From a virus (lineage: Duplodnaviria; Caudoviricetes): a stretch of DNA of 54,363 bases. The position numbers and the translations under genes are program-made. Within the stretch, counting starts at the first letter, position 1; every line of letters begins with the position of its first letter. A model generated the notes under the pieces. It was not told the DNA's origin. It worked only from the letters and a program-made list of their open reading frames with translations, and did no database searches. Below are positions 1 through 10,162 of the stretch, one piece after another. Where the stretch lies: IMG/VR virus record IMGVR_UViG_3300027784_000007, positions 1-54,363 of that record; one strand, given 5' to 3'.

Positions 1-1083
1 GGCGGTGTCGTTGCCGACCTGCAGGGCGAGCTCGGTCAGGAACGGCCAGGGCTCGCCGCCGCTGTCGTTCACGTCGCCGAACCCGATGGTGAACGGGGTC
101 AGCGACCCACGGGCCTGGGCCTCCTCGATGAGCCGCTTCACGATGAACCCCGGGGTCACGCCGGGCGTGACGGACGGGTAGGCGAGGACCTTCCACGGAC
201 CGGCGGAACCGCCAGCGCCAGTGAAGCTGCGGTACAGCACGTCGCCGAGCTCGTCGTTCTCGTCGAGGGCGATGATGGTCACGAGCAGCCCGCCAGGGTT
301 GGGACCGCCGCGGGGAGGGGCGTTCTCCACCTCGAACGCGATGAGGTGCTCCTGGCGGTACAGCTCGATGTCGACGGTCTGGAACTCGCGCCAGTAGTTG
401 CCGGAGGCCACCTCGATGCCGTCGAAAAACGCCCGGTAGGCGGAGGTGGCGGTGACGAACATGCGGGCACGGCCCACGTTGCCGGGCGAGGCGAGCAGGT
501 CGAGCTCGCGACGGAAGTAGTTAACGCCGACTGTGTTGCGCTGGTTGCCGTCGACGGCTTCGCCCCAGACCCACTCGGCAGCGCCATCGGGCCAGCCCTC
601 CGGGAGCAGCCGGTAGCGGGCGATGTCAGCGTCATCTTGCCGGCCGAACCCGTGGTCCAGCGGGGTCACCCATGCGCTGTCGTCGTAGTCGCGGGCCATC
701 CATCCGAACAGGCGCTGGTCGGTCGGGGGGGCCTCCGGGTCGAGGCCGAGGGGCTGGTACACGAGCCCATAGTTGAGCGCCATGGCGACGCCGGGGCCGG
801 TGACCTGGACCGGGTCCCAGACGTCTTGGCGGGTCCGCTGCTTGCGGCGGATGAGCCAGGCGAACCGCTCAGCGTCGCCATCGTCGGCGTCGACCACCTT
901 GATGAGGTTGTCGCCTCCGAGGCAGCCAGGGTTGGCGACCAGGAACGGCGCGTCGTGCGGGATGGTGAACTTCCCTGCGCCGAGGTCGGCGCGCTCGTCG
1001 GCGAGCTCGATGCCGTAGGGCTGGTCGAGCCGGCCGATGAGCGTGACCAGGTCCTGCTCGTACACCTCGAGGCGGAGGTCCAT
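1..1083 (-). CDS. Minor tail protein (baseplate hub/Tal-like), runs off the window end
   Basis: Not in ORF track. ATG at 1083 overlaps the upstream TGA (TGATG); reads MDLRLEVYEQDLVTLIGRLDQPYGIELADERADLGAGKFTIP; second gene after the tape measure gene. Confidence 0.7.
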   Translation of the reverse strand, partial: MDLRLEVYEQDLVTLIGRLDQPYGIELADERADLGAGKFTIPHDAPFLVANPGCLGGDNLIKVVDADDGDAERFAWLIRRKQRTRQDVWDPVQVTGPGVAMALNYGLVYQPLGLDPEAPPTDQRLFGWMARDYDDSAWVTPLDHGFGRQDDADIARYRLLPEGWPDGAAEWVWGEAVDGNQRNTVGVNYFRRELDLLASPGNVGRARMFVTATSAYRAFFDGIEVASGNYWREFQTVDIELYRQEHLIAFEVENAPPRGGPNPGGLLVTIIALDENDELGDVLYRSFTGAGGSAGPWKVLAYPSVTPGVTPGFIVKRLIEEAQARGSLTPFTIGFGDVNDSGGEPWPFLTELALQVGNDTA

Positions 1084-1592
1084 CACTCGCCCATCGTGAG
1101 GATGAACGGCACCGGGACGCGGACGCGGAGGACGCCGAGGGCGTAGCTGCGGGGCTGCAGCTCGAACGTGAGGCGCAGCGGCTGGATGCCGAACTCGTAG
1201 GTGTCGCCCTCGCCGCCATCAGGGACGGTGAGCTCCGCGGCCAGGGTCGCGGAGCCCTCGCGGATGGGACGGATGTAGGTGTCCTCGAACACGCGCCGGT
1301 TCTCGAGCAGCCCAGCAGGGCCGGAGGCGTGAGGGACGCCGGCCTGGTCGGTCGCGCCGGAGAACACGAGCCGGATGCTGTACTCAGTCTCGTCGTCGAT
1401 GATGGGGCGGGCGGACCGGCCGGCCAGCCGCTCGATGGTCGGGTTCTCCCCTCGGAACGCGGGGGACTCGAGCAGCGGGGACAGGTCGGGGGCGCACCAG
1501 GCGGGGCCCTGCAGGGGGACCGTGGCGATGACGAGCGTCCCGTAGCTCTCCGAGCAGTCGAGCGGCAGCGGGCAGTCGAGGTCTGCCATCAT
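1083..1592 (-). CDS. Distal tail (Dit-like) minor tail protein
   Basis: 169 aa, directly after tape measure, overlapping start/stop; synteny only. Confidence 0.55.
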   Translation of the reverse strand: MMADLDCPLPLDCSESYGTLVIATVPLQGPAWCAPDLSPLLESPAFRGENPTIERLAGRSARPIIDDETEYSIRLVFSGATDQAGVPHASGPAGLLENRRVFEDTYIRPIREGSATLAAELTVPDGGEGDTYEFGIQPLRLTFELQPRSYALGVLRVRVPVPFILTMGE

Positions 1593-4222
1593 CGGACTCC
1601 AGCGGGACGACGGAACGGCTCGTTGAGGTAGGCCACGTCGCGGAGGCCTTGGACGGCCTCGCCGGCAGCCTTGACCGGGTCCACGGTGTAGATGTTCTGC
1701 GTGACCTGCATCGACGGGCCGGAGCCAGGCGCAGCCGACGGGGCCACGTCGCTGGGACGGACGGGGCGGGAGGCGTCGCCGGTGCCGAACCCGGACTCTG
1801 GCATCGGCGCGGTGACGCGGCCAGCGTCGACGACGCCGTTGGCGAACCGCTCCACCTCGGCGATGGCCGAATCCATGTTGGCGTGAACGCCGAGGGCGAG
1901 CCCGCCCACGACGTCCTCTCCGATGTCCGCGAACACGCGCGAGGGCGACCCGGTGCGGAACAGGCGACGAGCGCCGTCGACCATCCGGCCGCCCACGTCG
2001 CGGACGGCGTCGACCGGGGCCATCGCCATCGATTTCAGGCCGTCGACCAGGCCCTGCAGGATGTCCTTGCCGACCTGGAACAGCATCTTGCCGACGTTGC
2101 CGAGGGCTTCGATGATGCGGCGAGGCAGGTCACGGACCCAGGCCACGAGCTCGTTGAACTTCTCGATGGCGCCGTCCTTCACGGCCACGACGGCCTCGAT
2201 GAACCGGTCGCGGAGGCCGAGGGCGGCAGCGACCGCGTTCTCGACCATCTCTCCAATGGCCTGGCGGACACGGACGGTGAGCAGGACCCACTCGACGATG
2301 GCGCGGTTGACCAGGTCCTTGACGCCCTCGACGAACCGGGTCGCCAGGTCGGCGACCCACTCGAGGACAGCGGACACCATCGCGGTCACGCCCTCGATGA
2401 CCTGCTGGTGGAGGTTGGCGACCCACTCCACGGCGCCGGTCACGAGGCCGACGAACGCCTCGATGGCGCGGTCCTTGAGGTCGACGAACCATTCGACGGC
2501 GCGGCCCACGAACCCGCGGATGGCGTCGACGACCTGCCCTTCGCCGCCGGTGATGAGCCGGTACAGGATGGCGAGCGGGTGCCATTCGGTCAGCCAGTTC
2601 CAGACGGCCTGGAACCCGGCCTGCATCGCGCCGATGATGCGCTCGGGCAGGCCACGCAGCCAATCCACGACGGCCTGCCAAGCGCCGGACACGAGGTCGA
2701 CCAGCCCGGACCAGAGGCCCTTGAGCCATTCCCAGACGGCCGAGGTGGACTCCTTGAGCCAGTCCCACGCGGCACCTATGGCGGCCATGATTTCGTCGCG
2801 GAAGTACCAGAGGATGGCGACCACCGCGATGACGGCCGCGATGATGAGGAACAGCGGGTTCGTGAGGATGGCCATGCCCAGGGCCTTGAACCCACCGGCG
2901 GCAGCCTTCAGCCCACCGACGAGCTTGCCGCCGAGGCCGCCCGCCAGAAGCTGGCTGGCCTGGTTCGCGCCGAACATCATCGGCCCGAGGGCGCCGAGGG
3001 GGGCGGCGACGAGCCCGGCCACGTCGGCGACGCCGGAGAATCGGAACGCGAGCCGCTCCATGCCGGACTGGAACCGCTGCAGGGGCGTGAACGCATCGCC
3101 GTAGATGTCGGCGTTCCGCTCGATGACCCCCGACGAATCGCCGACGAGCTGGTTGTACTCCTCGAACTGCTCCGCGGTGATGCCGAGCGTGTCCAGGAAC
3201 ACGTTCATGTCGCCATCGGCCTCGCGGACAGCGCCCTGCAGCTCGCGGCGGGCGACACGGCCGGTGAGGCCCATCTCGCGCTCGAGGATGCCCATGGTCG
3301 CGGCGGCCTCGTCGATGGACAGGTCCAGGGTCCCGAGCTCGGGCAGGACCCGCTGGACCGAATCCAGGAACTCGCCGACGCCGGTGGTGGTCTCCTCCTG
3401 GATGAACCCGAACGCCGTGAAGGCTTCCTTCGGGTCGTCGATGTTGAACGCGGCCAGGACCTTCGAGCTCTCCGCGAGGGCGTCTGCGGACTCGCCGGTG
3501 GCATCGCCCACGGTGTCCCACGCGGCGACGAAGTCCATGAGCTGCTCGGTGTTCTGGATGCCCTGCTGGCGGCCGATTTCCATCGTGTTGAGGACCTGGT
3601 CCAGCGGGCGGGTGACGTTCGCCGAGGCGGAGGCGAGGTCGCGAATCTCGTCCTCGGTGGTGCCCAGGGACTCCGCGAGGCGGCGGGACTGCTCGGTCAG
3701 CGGGGCCTGAGCGCGGGCGAACCCCTCGAGGCCAGCGCCGCCAGCGGCGGTGCCCAGGGCGCCCTGGACGGACCCGAGCGCGCCAGCGAGGCCGTCGAAC
3801 GCGCCCGAGGCGGACTCGAGCTCAGCCTCGATTTCGGCCCCGACCCCGTCGAACGCGGCCACGATTTCGCCGGCCGCGTCCTCGGCGTCGCCCACCAGGC
3901 CGCTGAAGTCGGCATCGGCGTCGATGTCGATGTCGATGCCGGACAGCTCGCCCTCCACGGCCGAGGCGGCGTCGCCGGCAGCGTCGGACAGCTCGTCGAA
4001 CGCGCCATCGGTGGCGCCGGACAGGCCGTCAGCGAACCCGTCGCCGGCCATCTCGCCAGCCTCGGTGAGGTCATCGACCACGCCTTCGCCGACCTCGGAC
4101 AGCCCGGCGCCGAGCTCGTCCGCGGCGACATCGGCAGCCGAGGACACGGCATCCGCGAAGTCCTCCGCGAACGGGGATGCATCGCCGAGGATTTCGACGA
4201 ACACCTCGCCGAGCTTGGACAC
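1589..4222 (-). CDS. Tape measure protein
   Basis: ~877 aa, Ala/Gly-rich and helical, Trp/Phe-spaced repeats, hydrophobic middle segment; GTG at 4222 with GGAGG RBS; follows tail chaperones. Confidence 0.92.
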   Translation of the reverse strand: MSKLGEVFVEILGDASPFAEDFADAVSSAADVAADELGAGLSEVGEGVVDDLTEAGEMAGDGFADGLSGATDGAFDELSDAAGDAASAVEGELSGIDIDIDADADFSGLVGDAEDAAGEIVAAFDGVGAEIEAELESASGAFDGLAGALGSVQGALGTAAGGAGLEGFARAQAPLTEQSRRLAESLGTTEDEIRDLASASANVTRPLDQVLNTMEIGRQQGIQNTEQLMDFVAAWDTVGDATGESADALAESSKVLAAFNIDDPKEAFTAFGFIQEETTTGVGEFLDSVQRVLPELGTLDLSIDEAAATMGILEREMGLTGRVARRELQGAVREADGDMNVFLDTLGITAEQFEEYNQLVGDSSGVIERNADIYGDAFTPLQRFQSGMERLAFRFSGVADVAGLVAAPLGALGPMMFGANQASQLLAGGLGGKLVGGLKAAAGGFKALGMAILTNPLFLIIAAVIAVVAILWYFRDEIMAAIGAAWDWLKESTSAVWEWLKGLWSGLVDLVSGAWQAVVDWLRGLPERIIGAMQAGFQAVWNWLTEWHPLAILYRLITGGEGQVVDAIRGFVGRAVEWFVDLKDRAIEAFVGLVTGAVEWVANLHQQVIEGVTAMVSAVLEWVADLATRFVEGVKDLVNRAIVEWVLLTVRVRQAIGEMVENAVAAALGLRDRFIEAVVAVKDGAIEKFNELVAWVRDLPRRIIEALGNVGKMLFQVGKDILQGLVDGLKSMAMAPVDAVRDVGGRMVDGARRLFRTGSPSRVFADIGEDVVGGLALGVHANMDSAIAEVERFANGVVDAGRVTAPMPESGFGTGDASRPVRPSDVAPSAAPGSGPSMQVTQNIYTVDPVKAAGEAVQGLRDVAYLNEPFRRPAGVR

Positions 4223-4276
4223 CGGGACCTCCACCGCGGACGCTGCAGGGAAGTCTACGGTCCCGAGGCCAGGCCG

Positions 4277-4578
4277 TTAGGTAGCGGCCGACGATGCCGC
4301 GCGGGAGGCTTGGGTGAACGCGGCCATTTCGGCTTCGGCAGACCAGGCGGACTCGACGCCCTCGAGGTCCTCGCCGGCAGGGACGTCCTCGAGGCGGGCG
4401 TCAATCTCGGCGCGGCGCTTCTCGTCGGCGTTGCGGACCAGGAACCAGTAGGTCAGGTTGCAGAGCCGGTCGATGGGGAGCTCGAGCGGGTCGACGCCCT
4501 GCGCGGCACACCACCCATCGAACACCGACCATTGACCCCGCGCAGCCGCTATCAGCCTCTGCGCGGACCAGTAGGGCG
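4277..4578 (-). CDS. Tail assembly chaperone, frameshifted C-terminal extension
   Basis: Open -1 frame (PYWSAQRL...WFLVRNADEKRRAEIDARL) overlapping the chaperone end, immediately before tape measure. Confidence 0.65.
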
Positions 4579-4881
4579 GCCGGTGACCTCGCCGACCAAC
4601 CACTTGACGATGCGGCCCAGGTCGGGGAAGTCGAAGTCGTCCTCGGGGTCCTTCAGGCGGGCGATGAGGTAGTCGTTGTCCTCCTCGGACAGCCCGTCGG
4701 ACAGCCAGTCCATCGCGGCCTTCGCCGGAGGCTTGGACTCGTCGTCGTCGTCGAACAGGTCCATGACCATGCCCGACACCTTCTGCGGCACGAACCGCAG
4801 GGTCCGCTCCTTCGGGGTGTCCTCGTCGAGGGTGAACTCGAGCGGGTCACGGCGCTTCTTGGCGGTGGTGAAGCTCTTCAC
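4552..4881 (-). CDS. Tail assembly chaperone
   Basis: GTG at 4881 with AGGAG RBS; acidic 109 aa ending EVTGRPTGPRRG; upstream of tape measure. Confidence 0.75.
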   Translation of the reverse strand: MKSFTTAKKRRDPLEFTLDEDTPKERTLRFVPQKVSGMVMDLFDDDDESKPPAKAAMDWLSDGLSEEDNDYLIARLKDPEDDFDFPDLGRIVKWLVGEVTGRPTGPRRG

Positions 4882-4927
4882 GGGTCGGGCTCCTCGGTGC
4901 GCACGGTGCGCCGACGATACCACCAGC

Positions 4928-5374
4928 TCAGGTGAAATCCTCGAGCAGGAGGCGCTCGGCGGCGCGGCGCAGGAACTTGTGACCCACGACGCCGCGCACC
5001 CGGGGGGCGAACACCATGCCCACGCCGCGGACCGGGAACCGGAGGACCCGAGCGCGACGGGGGACGATGTAGCCGGTGCCGTTGCCGGCGGTGCCCTCGT
5101 GCTGGAACTCGGCGTGCGCGACCTCGGTCACGACCCGGCCGCGGATGAGGTTGCCTTCAAGCTGGACCGTTTCGGCCACGGTCGCGTTGCGCATCTGGCC
5201 GGTGTTCACACGGCCGGGGCCGGTCCACCGGGCGCCAGGGGCGGTCGAGATTTCGACCTTGGCCTGGTCGGCGACCTTGCGGGCCACGGCCTGGACCTTC
5301 GTGGCGCCGTAGTCGGCGAGGTAGTCGCGGAGGGCCTGCTGGTCCAGCTTCATGGTGAGGTTGATGGTCACCAT
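4928..5374 (-). CDS. HK97 gp10-like neck/tail completion protein
   Basis: NTGQMRN...AEFQHEGT...FL pattern; position in the head-tail module. Confidence 0.55.
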   Translation of the reverse strand: MVTINLTMKLDQQALRDYLADYGATKVQAVARKVADQAKVEISTAPGARWTGPGRVNTGQMRNATVAETVQLEGNLIRGRVVTEVAHAEFQHEGTAGNGTGYIVPRRARVLRFPVRGVGMVFAPRVRGVVGHKFLRRAAERLLLEDFT

Positions 5375-5661
5375 GCGGATTCGCCCTCGCCCTCGCCCTC
5401 GCCCTCGAGGGGCAGCTCGGGCACGCCGGACAGGGACCCGAACAGGCCCTTGAGCGGGTCGGCCGGCAGCGGGTCGCCGGCCACGTCAGGGTCGGCGCCC
5501 GAGGGGACGAACCGGCGCTCGTCCTCCGGCGTCGCGGACACGATGGTGAACAGGCCGTTGGCGGCACGGCGCAGTACCTGGTCGGTGAGCTCCACGGTGC
5601 GTTCCTCGCCGACCTTCCAACCGGACAGGCGGACGTTGGCGCGGACGATGGCGGTACCCAT
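5368..5661 (-). CDS. Hypothetical virion-module protein
   Basis: ATG 5661 (MGTAIVRAN) with GAGGAG RBS. Confidence 0.55.
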   Translation of the reverse strand: MGTAIVRANVRLSGWKVGEERTVELTDQVLRRAANGLFTIVSATPEDERRFVPSGADPDVAGDPLPADPLKGLFGSLSGVPELPLEGEGEGEGESAW

Positions 5662-5671
5662 GGCGGGCTCC

Positions 5672-6196
5672 TCAGTCAGGACAGGGGCAGGCGGGAAGGG
5701 CGACCTGGATGCGCCAGCGGCCACCGACGCAGCCGCCGTTGGGGCCGAGCGGCTCCCAACCGCCGAGGCGGAACACGCCGGGGTCAGCGTCCTCCCCGAA
5801 CAGGCAGCACAGGATGGCCTGCAGCATGAGGTCCCGGTCGCGGGACACCTTCTCGGCGTCGGCGGTGACAGCCTCGGGCGAGGGGGCCTCCATCTGGTCG
5901 GTGACGGTCGCGGCGCAGCGGAGCAGGGTCAGGACCATGTTGGCGCCGAACCCGTTCGGGTGGCACCGGTGGGCGCCGGCAGTCTCCTGCGGAAACTGCT
6001 CCGAGGGGAACACGCGCTCCACGGCGACCGCGAGCTGCCCTTCAGCGCCTCCGTCAGCGACGCCGCAGGCGTCCCAGGGGACGTCGGCCCCGGGATGCCA
6101 CACGACGCGGCAGGCGGGCACTCCCGCGGCCTCCAGGGCATCCTCCGCGCAGCCGAGCAGGGCCTTGGCGCGGATGGCGACCACGTCCATCATCAC
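5672..6196 (-). CDS. Tail terminator-like protein
   Basis: 174 aa following the head-to-tail adaptor; synteny. Confidence 0.5.
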   Translation of the reverse strand: MMMDVVAIRAKALLGCAEDALEAAGVPACRVVWHPGADVPWDACGVADGGAEGQLAVAVERVFPSEQFPQETAGAHRCHPNGFGANMVLTLLRCAATVTDQMEAPSPEAVTADAEKVSRDRDLMLQAILCCLFGEDADPGVFRLGGWEPLGPNGGCVGGRWRIQVALPACPCPD

Positions 6197-7014
6197 GAGC
6201 TCTCGTAGGTCGTCACGGACGGCCGCCGGGAGCGGGGCAGGTGAACGGACGACCGGGCGTGCGGACGGGTGACGGACGCGACCCAGGAATCGACGAGCCA
6301 GAGGCCGGTCTTGCCTGCCTCGAGGCCGTCGAACGCATCGAAGATGGCGACGGTCACGCCCTCACGGGACACGGACTGCGTGATGCGTTCCGGTAGGCCG
6401 CAGCTCTTGTCGCCGCCGAGGGCTTTTGCCATTTCGCATGCGAGGACCGCAGCGGCAATCTGTCCACCGGCCGGGACAGGGACGCCCCACCGGTACTCCA
6501 CGGACCAGGTGCCCTCCGCCCCTGCAGGCTTTGACAGGTCCTGGCAGCGCGGCCACGACCCACCGTCGTTGCGGATGAGGGACCTGCGGTTGTCGACCCG
6601 GTAGGCCGAGGCGGGGACGACCTCGCCATCGACGACGACCTCGACGACGGAATCGATGGGTCCGGGCAGGTCGATGGCGGACACCCGGTTGCACGAGCAG
6701 AGCTCGCCGCACGAGGTGCAGGTGATGTTGAACCAGCGGCCTCCGACGAGCGCCGGGGCGAACGGCCATGCGTCGCCCACGGACGGCAGGAACCGGTCAG
6801 GCCGGCCAGCCCAGCCCTCGTAGGTGGTCGGGCCCTGGGCGCAGTCCTCGCGGCATGGCCGCACGGTCACGGGGCAGAGCCCGAACACCTTGTTGGTCCA
6901 GTTCCAGAGGTAGGTCACGGCGGCAGTCTTGACGGCCACCGGGTCCCCCGAGCCCGCGAGCTCAGGACAGTCAGCGATGTTGGACAGGGGCCAGTCGCAG
7001 GGCGCGCTACTCAA
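6193..7014 (-). CDS. Head-to-tail adaptor
   Basis: Cys-rich N-half (CPVTVRPC), WPRCQDL and LACEMAKA...SVSREGVT motifs typical of actinophage adaptors. Confidence 0.75.
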   Translation of the reverse strand: MSSAPCDWPLSNIADCPELAGSGDPVAVKTAAVTYLWNWTNKVFGLCPVTVRPCREDCAQGPTTYEGWAGRPDRFLPSVGDAWPFAPALVGGRWFNITCTSCGELCSCNRVSAIDLPGPIDSVVEVVVDGEVVPASAYRVDNRRSLIRNDGGSWPRCQDLSKPAGAEGTWSVEYRWGVPVPAGGQIAAAVLACEMAKALGGDKSCGLPERITQSVSREGVTVAIFDAFDGLEAGKTGLWLVDSWVASVTRPHARSSVHLPRSRRPSVTTYESS

Positions 7015-7345
7015 CAGGGGCCTCCTCTACTGGCAGCCGGGGACGGACCAGCAGGCGACCGAAGCTGTCGCTTGGGGAGGCGACGTCGGGGTGCGTGACC
7101 TGAAGTAGCCATCGACCCACGCGGAGGTCACCATCGGCGGGCTCCCACTCCCACACTCCATCGCCGAGGTGGCTCATCTCGACGTCCAGCAGGGGGACCC
7201 CGGGCCCGTCGTAGGGGCCTGCCAGCAGCGACGCAGCGACCAGACGAACCCCAGAGGTCACGGGCACGCCATCGGCGTCGAGCACGGTCGTTGTGAACCG
7301 CGCGTTGGGCCCGTAGTCGCCCTCGAACCGCTCCAGCCTGTCCAT
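7007..7345 (-). CDS. Hypothetical protein (possible Ig-like virion protein)
   Basis: 112 aa ORF in tight operon. Confidence 0.5.
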   Translation of the reverse strand: MDRLERFEGDYGPNARFTTTVLDADGVPVTSGVRLVAASLLAGPYDGPGVPLLDVEMSHLGDGVWEWEPADGDLRVGRWLLQVTHPDVASPSDSFGRLLVRPRLPVEEAPVE

Positions 7346-7346
7346 C

Positions 7347-7700
7347 TCAGGTTCCGAACGTCGTCGACCCCGGAGGTGTCTCCAGGCGGCCGTCGAGCTT
7401 GACGGTTGCTGCCATGAGGCTACCAGTGGGGGCTTCGAACCCGGCGCGATTCAGCGCCGCCGCCACCAGCGCACGCAACCGAACCGTCGTCATGTCCGAC
7501 GCGGCCACCGGCGTCGACAGGACCGTAGCCCCATCCGAGGTGATGACGACGACCTCGAGCGTCGCGGCCTGTGTCCGCGAGGGGGCCGGCAGCGTTCTGA
7601 ACCTAACGGTGAACGGCGGCACGAGCTCTGCGGCGACGAGCGCAGCGCCGTAGCCGCGGGTCACGAGCAGCGGCGAGCCGAGCCCGCCGGTGATAATCAT
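7347..7700 (-). CDS. Hypothetical protein
   Basis: 117 aa, ATGA overlap with upstream gene. Confidence 0.5.
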   Translation of the reverse strand: MIITGGLGSPLLVTRGYGAALVAAELVPPFTVRFRTLPAPSRTQAATLEVVVITSDGATVLSTPVAASDMTTVRLRALVAAALNRAGFEAPTGSLMAATVKLDGRLETPPGSTTFGT

Positions 7701-8305
7701 GGCGCAGGAACCCGCTCGAACGGCGCCGTCGAGGTGGGCTGGCCATCCGCGCCGAACAGGTCGAACGTCTGCAGCGGGGTGATGCCGTCAGCATCGTAAA
7801 AGATGAGCTGGTCATCGACGATGCGCCAGCGGCCGCTGTCAATCTTGCGCAGGAACTCGACGCCGCTGACGACGTCGTCCTTCTCCTCCAGCGACCAGAC
7901 GGAGTCGGCCGGAGCCGACCCGTCGACCGTTACGGACTGAGTCAGCGACGAGCGCTCCAGGAACACGGGAACCGTGAACCCCCCGAGCGTCGGGGTGAAC
8001 ACGGGGAGCTCGGCGTCCTCTGCGTACAGGTTGCCGACCACGGTGAGCTCGCCATCGGCCTCGGCGGGGCGGATGCGCCAGCCGTTCTGGTTCTGCAGGA
8101 ACACGTAGGCACCAGCCGTCAGGTCACCGCCGAGGGGGTCACCGCCGAAGATGCGGAACGGAAACGCGAACCGGTTGAGGACCTCGTCGTTGAGCCACTG
8201 ACGCTTCGCGGCGGAGTACAGGTCGCCGAGCACGTCGACGGTCTCGACGGCCGGCTCGATGACGATGAGCCGAGCCGGAACCTGGAACTCCACGAGCTCA
8301 GGCAT
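7697..8305 (-). CDS. Hypothetical structural protein
   Basis: MPELVEFQVP..., ~202 aa, in tight operon. Confidence 0.55.
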   Translation of the reverse strand: MPELVEFQVPARLIVIEPAVETVDVLGDLYSAAKRQWLNDEVLNRFAFPFRIFGGDPLGGDLTAGAYVFLQNQNGWRIRPAEADGELTVVGNLYAEDAELPVFTPTLGGFTVPVFLERSSLTQSVTVDGSAPADSVWSLEEKDDVVSGVEFLRKIDSGRWRIVDDQLIFYDADGITPLQTFDLFGADGQPTSTAPFERVPAP

Positions 8306-8597
8306 CGGGCACATCCGATGGGGAGAGGTCCACGACGAGGCCCGCCAGCAGCGCGTTCCACTCCTGTTCCTCGGTCATCTTCCGGCGGACGATACGGGCG
8401 TGGTCGCCCTCGTCGCCGACATCCCAGGTGCGGCCGAACTCCGACCACCCCAGGAACCATTCGTGGCTCTCGAAGTAGCCGATGACGGGCAGGTGTTCGG
8501 CCTCCGCCGGAGGGCCGTTCTCAGCATGGGTCCGAGCGCGGTAGCAGGCATACCTGACGCGGGAGCGAGGGAGCTCGAGGATGTCGGCGGCCGTCAT
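8298..8597 (-). CDS. Hypothetical protein
   Basis: 99 aa, ATGA overlap. Confidence 0.5.
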   Translation of the reverse strand: MTAADILELPRSRVRYACYRARTHAENGPPAEAEHLPVIGYFESHEWFLGWSEFGRTWDVGDEGDHARIVRRKMTEEQEWNALLAGLVVDLSPSDVPDA

Positions 8598-10153
8598 GCG
8601 CCGGCCACGTAGTTGCGCTCGAGGACGGCGTTGACCGGGAAGTTCAGCCCGACGGCCCTGGTGATGGTGAACGAACCGAGCACGTACTGCGCGGTCTCCA
8701 GGCCGATGGCGACCACCGTAACGCTCGCGTTCGTGCCGAGCGTCCGGCCGCCCTGGACGTTGTTGTCGTAGTCGAAGGTGAACGGCACGGTCGAGGTGGT
8801 GATGGAACCCGCGATGGGCGCTCCATCGGCGTCGTTGACCGTGACGGCGTCGACGGTGTCGAAATCGCCGGAGGGCGTCGAATCGAAGTACATGCGGTAC
8901 TCCGAATCGGCGTCGTCCACGAGCACGGAGTTGAATACCAGGTTCCCGGCGGCGATGAACGGGAAGGTCCTAACGGTGGAGGACAGCGGGACGTCCTCTG
9001 CGTTGAGGCCACCGCCGTCGACCGTGATGTCGGACAGCTCGATACGAACCGCATCGGACGGGTCGAAGTTGCGGATGACGACGCCGGGGTTCGACCGCAG
9101 CGTGTCCCCGATGAAGCCAGCGAACGGGACCGCAACATTGCCGTTGACGACGCCGTAGCCGTCGAGCGCGACATCATCGTTGATGTCCGTCGAGCGCCGG
9201 AGCTGGCGCTGCACGAACTCGTAGATTTGCTCGAGGTTGCCGCCATTGCCGTCGACGACCCGGTTGAACGCGTACCAGTCGTCACCGATTTGCTCTTCGC
9301 CGGAATAGGACTCCCAGTTGCCTGCATCGTCGGCCCGGGCTGCGCCCGAGGTGTGCCCAGTCGTGCAGCGGTACCAGCGGCCATCCGCGGGGTCCTGGAC
9401 CACGTCGTCCGCGACGAACGCGGTGGACGCCGCCCAGGTCGTGAACCCCTGTCCGCGCAGGAAGTCAATCTCCATGCCGGTGTACGGGGCGAGCGAATCG
9501 ATGTCGCCATCGGACGTCTCGACCTTGATGTCGACCTGGTTCGACAGCGGCAGCCGGAACACGGCGTAGTCAAGCGCCGGCAGGTTCTGGTCCAACAGCA
9601 GATTCGATTGCGCGTAGGTCTTGCCCTGCTCGCGCAGGAAGATTTTGAAGAAATTCCTGTAATTGAACGCCCCGTCCTCGTAGATTTGGACGGGCTCGTT
9701 GATGGGCCCGGTGTAGACCATCGTGTTGGTGGACTGGTCGAACCCGACGACCTGCTGGTAGTAGGCGCGGTCCGAGGCGGGGTCGTCCATCGTCCCCAGG
9801 GAGATGATGGTCATCCACTCTTCCTGCGCAACACCGGCGGAGTCACGGACCGCCCAGCCACCGTCGCGGAGCAGCTCGATGGACGTGGCGTCGGCCCAGG
9901 TCCAGCCGTTGATGAGGTCCATCTTGGCTTCAGTGATGGCGTCGAACGGGAACCGCAGCGTGTTGAGGTCCGACTCTTCGAGCCAGAGCTCCTTGCACTT
10001 CGAATAGACGGCCTGCAGCGTCACGCCGGAGGTCGTCGCCGGAGAGCTGTCGTCGAGGTTGCCAGCCGCGACGAGCTGGATGGTTCGAAGGCTGGTGTCG
10101 AACACGATTTCGGTTCCGCGAGCGAGGCCGTCAGGCCCGACAATCTTCGCCAT
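8594..10153 (-). CDS. Putative virion protein with CBM5/12-like module
   Basis: 519 aa, beta-rich; WAASTAFVADDVVQD...GRWYRCTTGHTS resembles chitin-binding CBM5/12 modules. Confidence 0.6.
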   Translation of the reverse strand: MAKIVGPDGLARGTEIVFDTSLRTIQLVAAGNLDDSSPATTSGVTLQAVYSKCKELWLEESDLNTLRFPFDAITEAKMDLINGWTWADATSIELLRDGGWAVRDSAGVAQEEWMTIISLGTMDDPASDRAYYQQVVGFDQSTNTMVYTGPINEPVQIYEDGAFNYRNFFKIFLREQGKTYAQSNLLLDQNLPALDYAVFRLPLSNQVDIKVETSDGDIDSLAPYTGMEIDFLRGQGFTTWAASTAFVADDVVQDPADGRWYRCTTGHTSGAARADDAGNWESYSGEEQIGDDWYAFNRVVDGNGGNLEQIYEFVQRQLRRSTDINDDVALDGYGVVNGNVAVPFAGFIGDTLRSNPGVVIRNFDPSDAVRIELSDITVDGGGLNAEDVPLSSTVRTFPFIAAGNLVFNSVLVDDADSEYRMYFDSTPSGDFDTVDAVTVNDADGAPIAGSITTSTVPFTFDYDNNVQGGRTLGTNASVTVVAIGLETAQYVLGSFTITRAVGLNFPVNAVLERNYVAGA

Positions 10154-10162
10154 GATGCGCTC

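Noticed and set aside
1649-4672. Long plus-strand ORFs (e.g. 1007 aa here, also 15502-17301, 22209-24236, 35040-36944)
   Set aside because: Antisense shadows of real minus-strand genes in high-GC DNA; no motifs or RBS.
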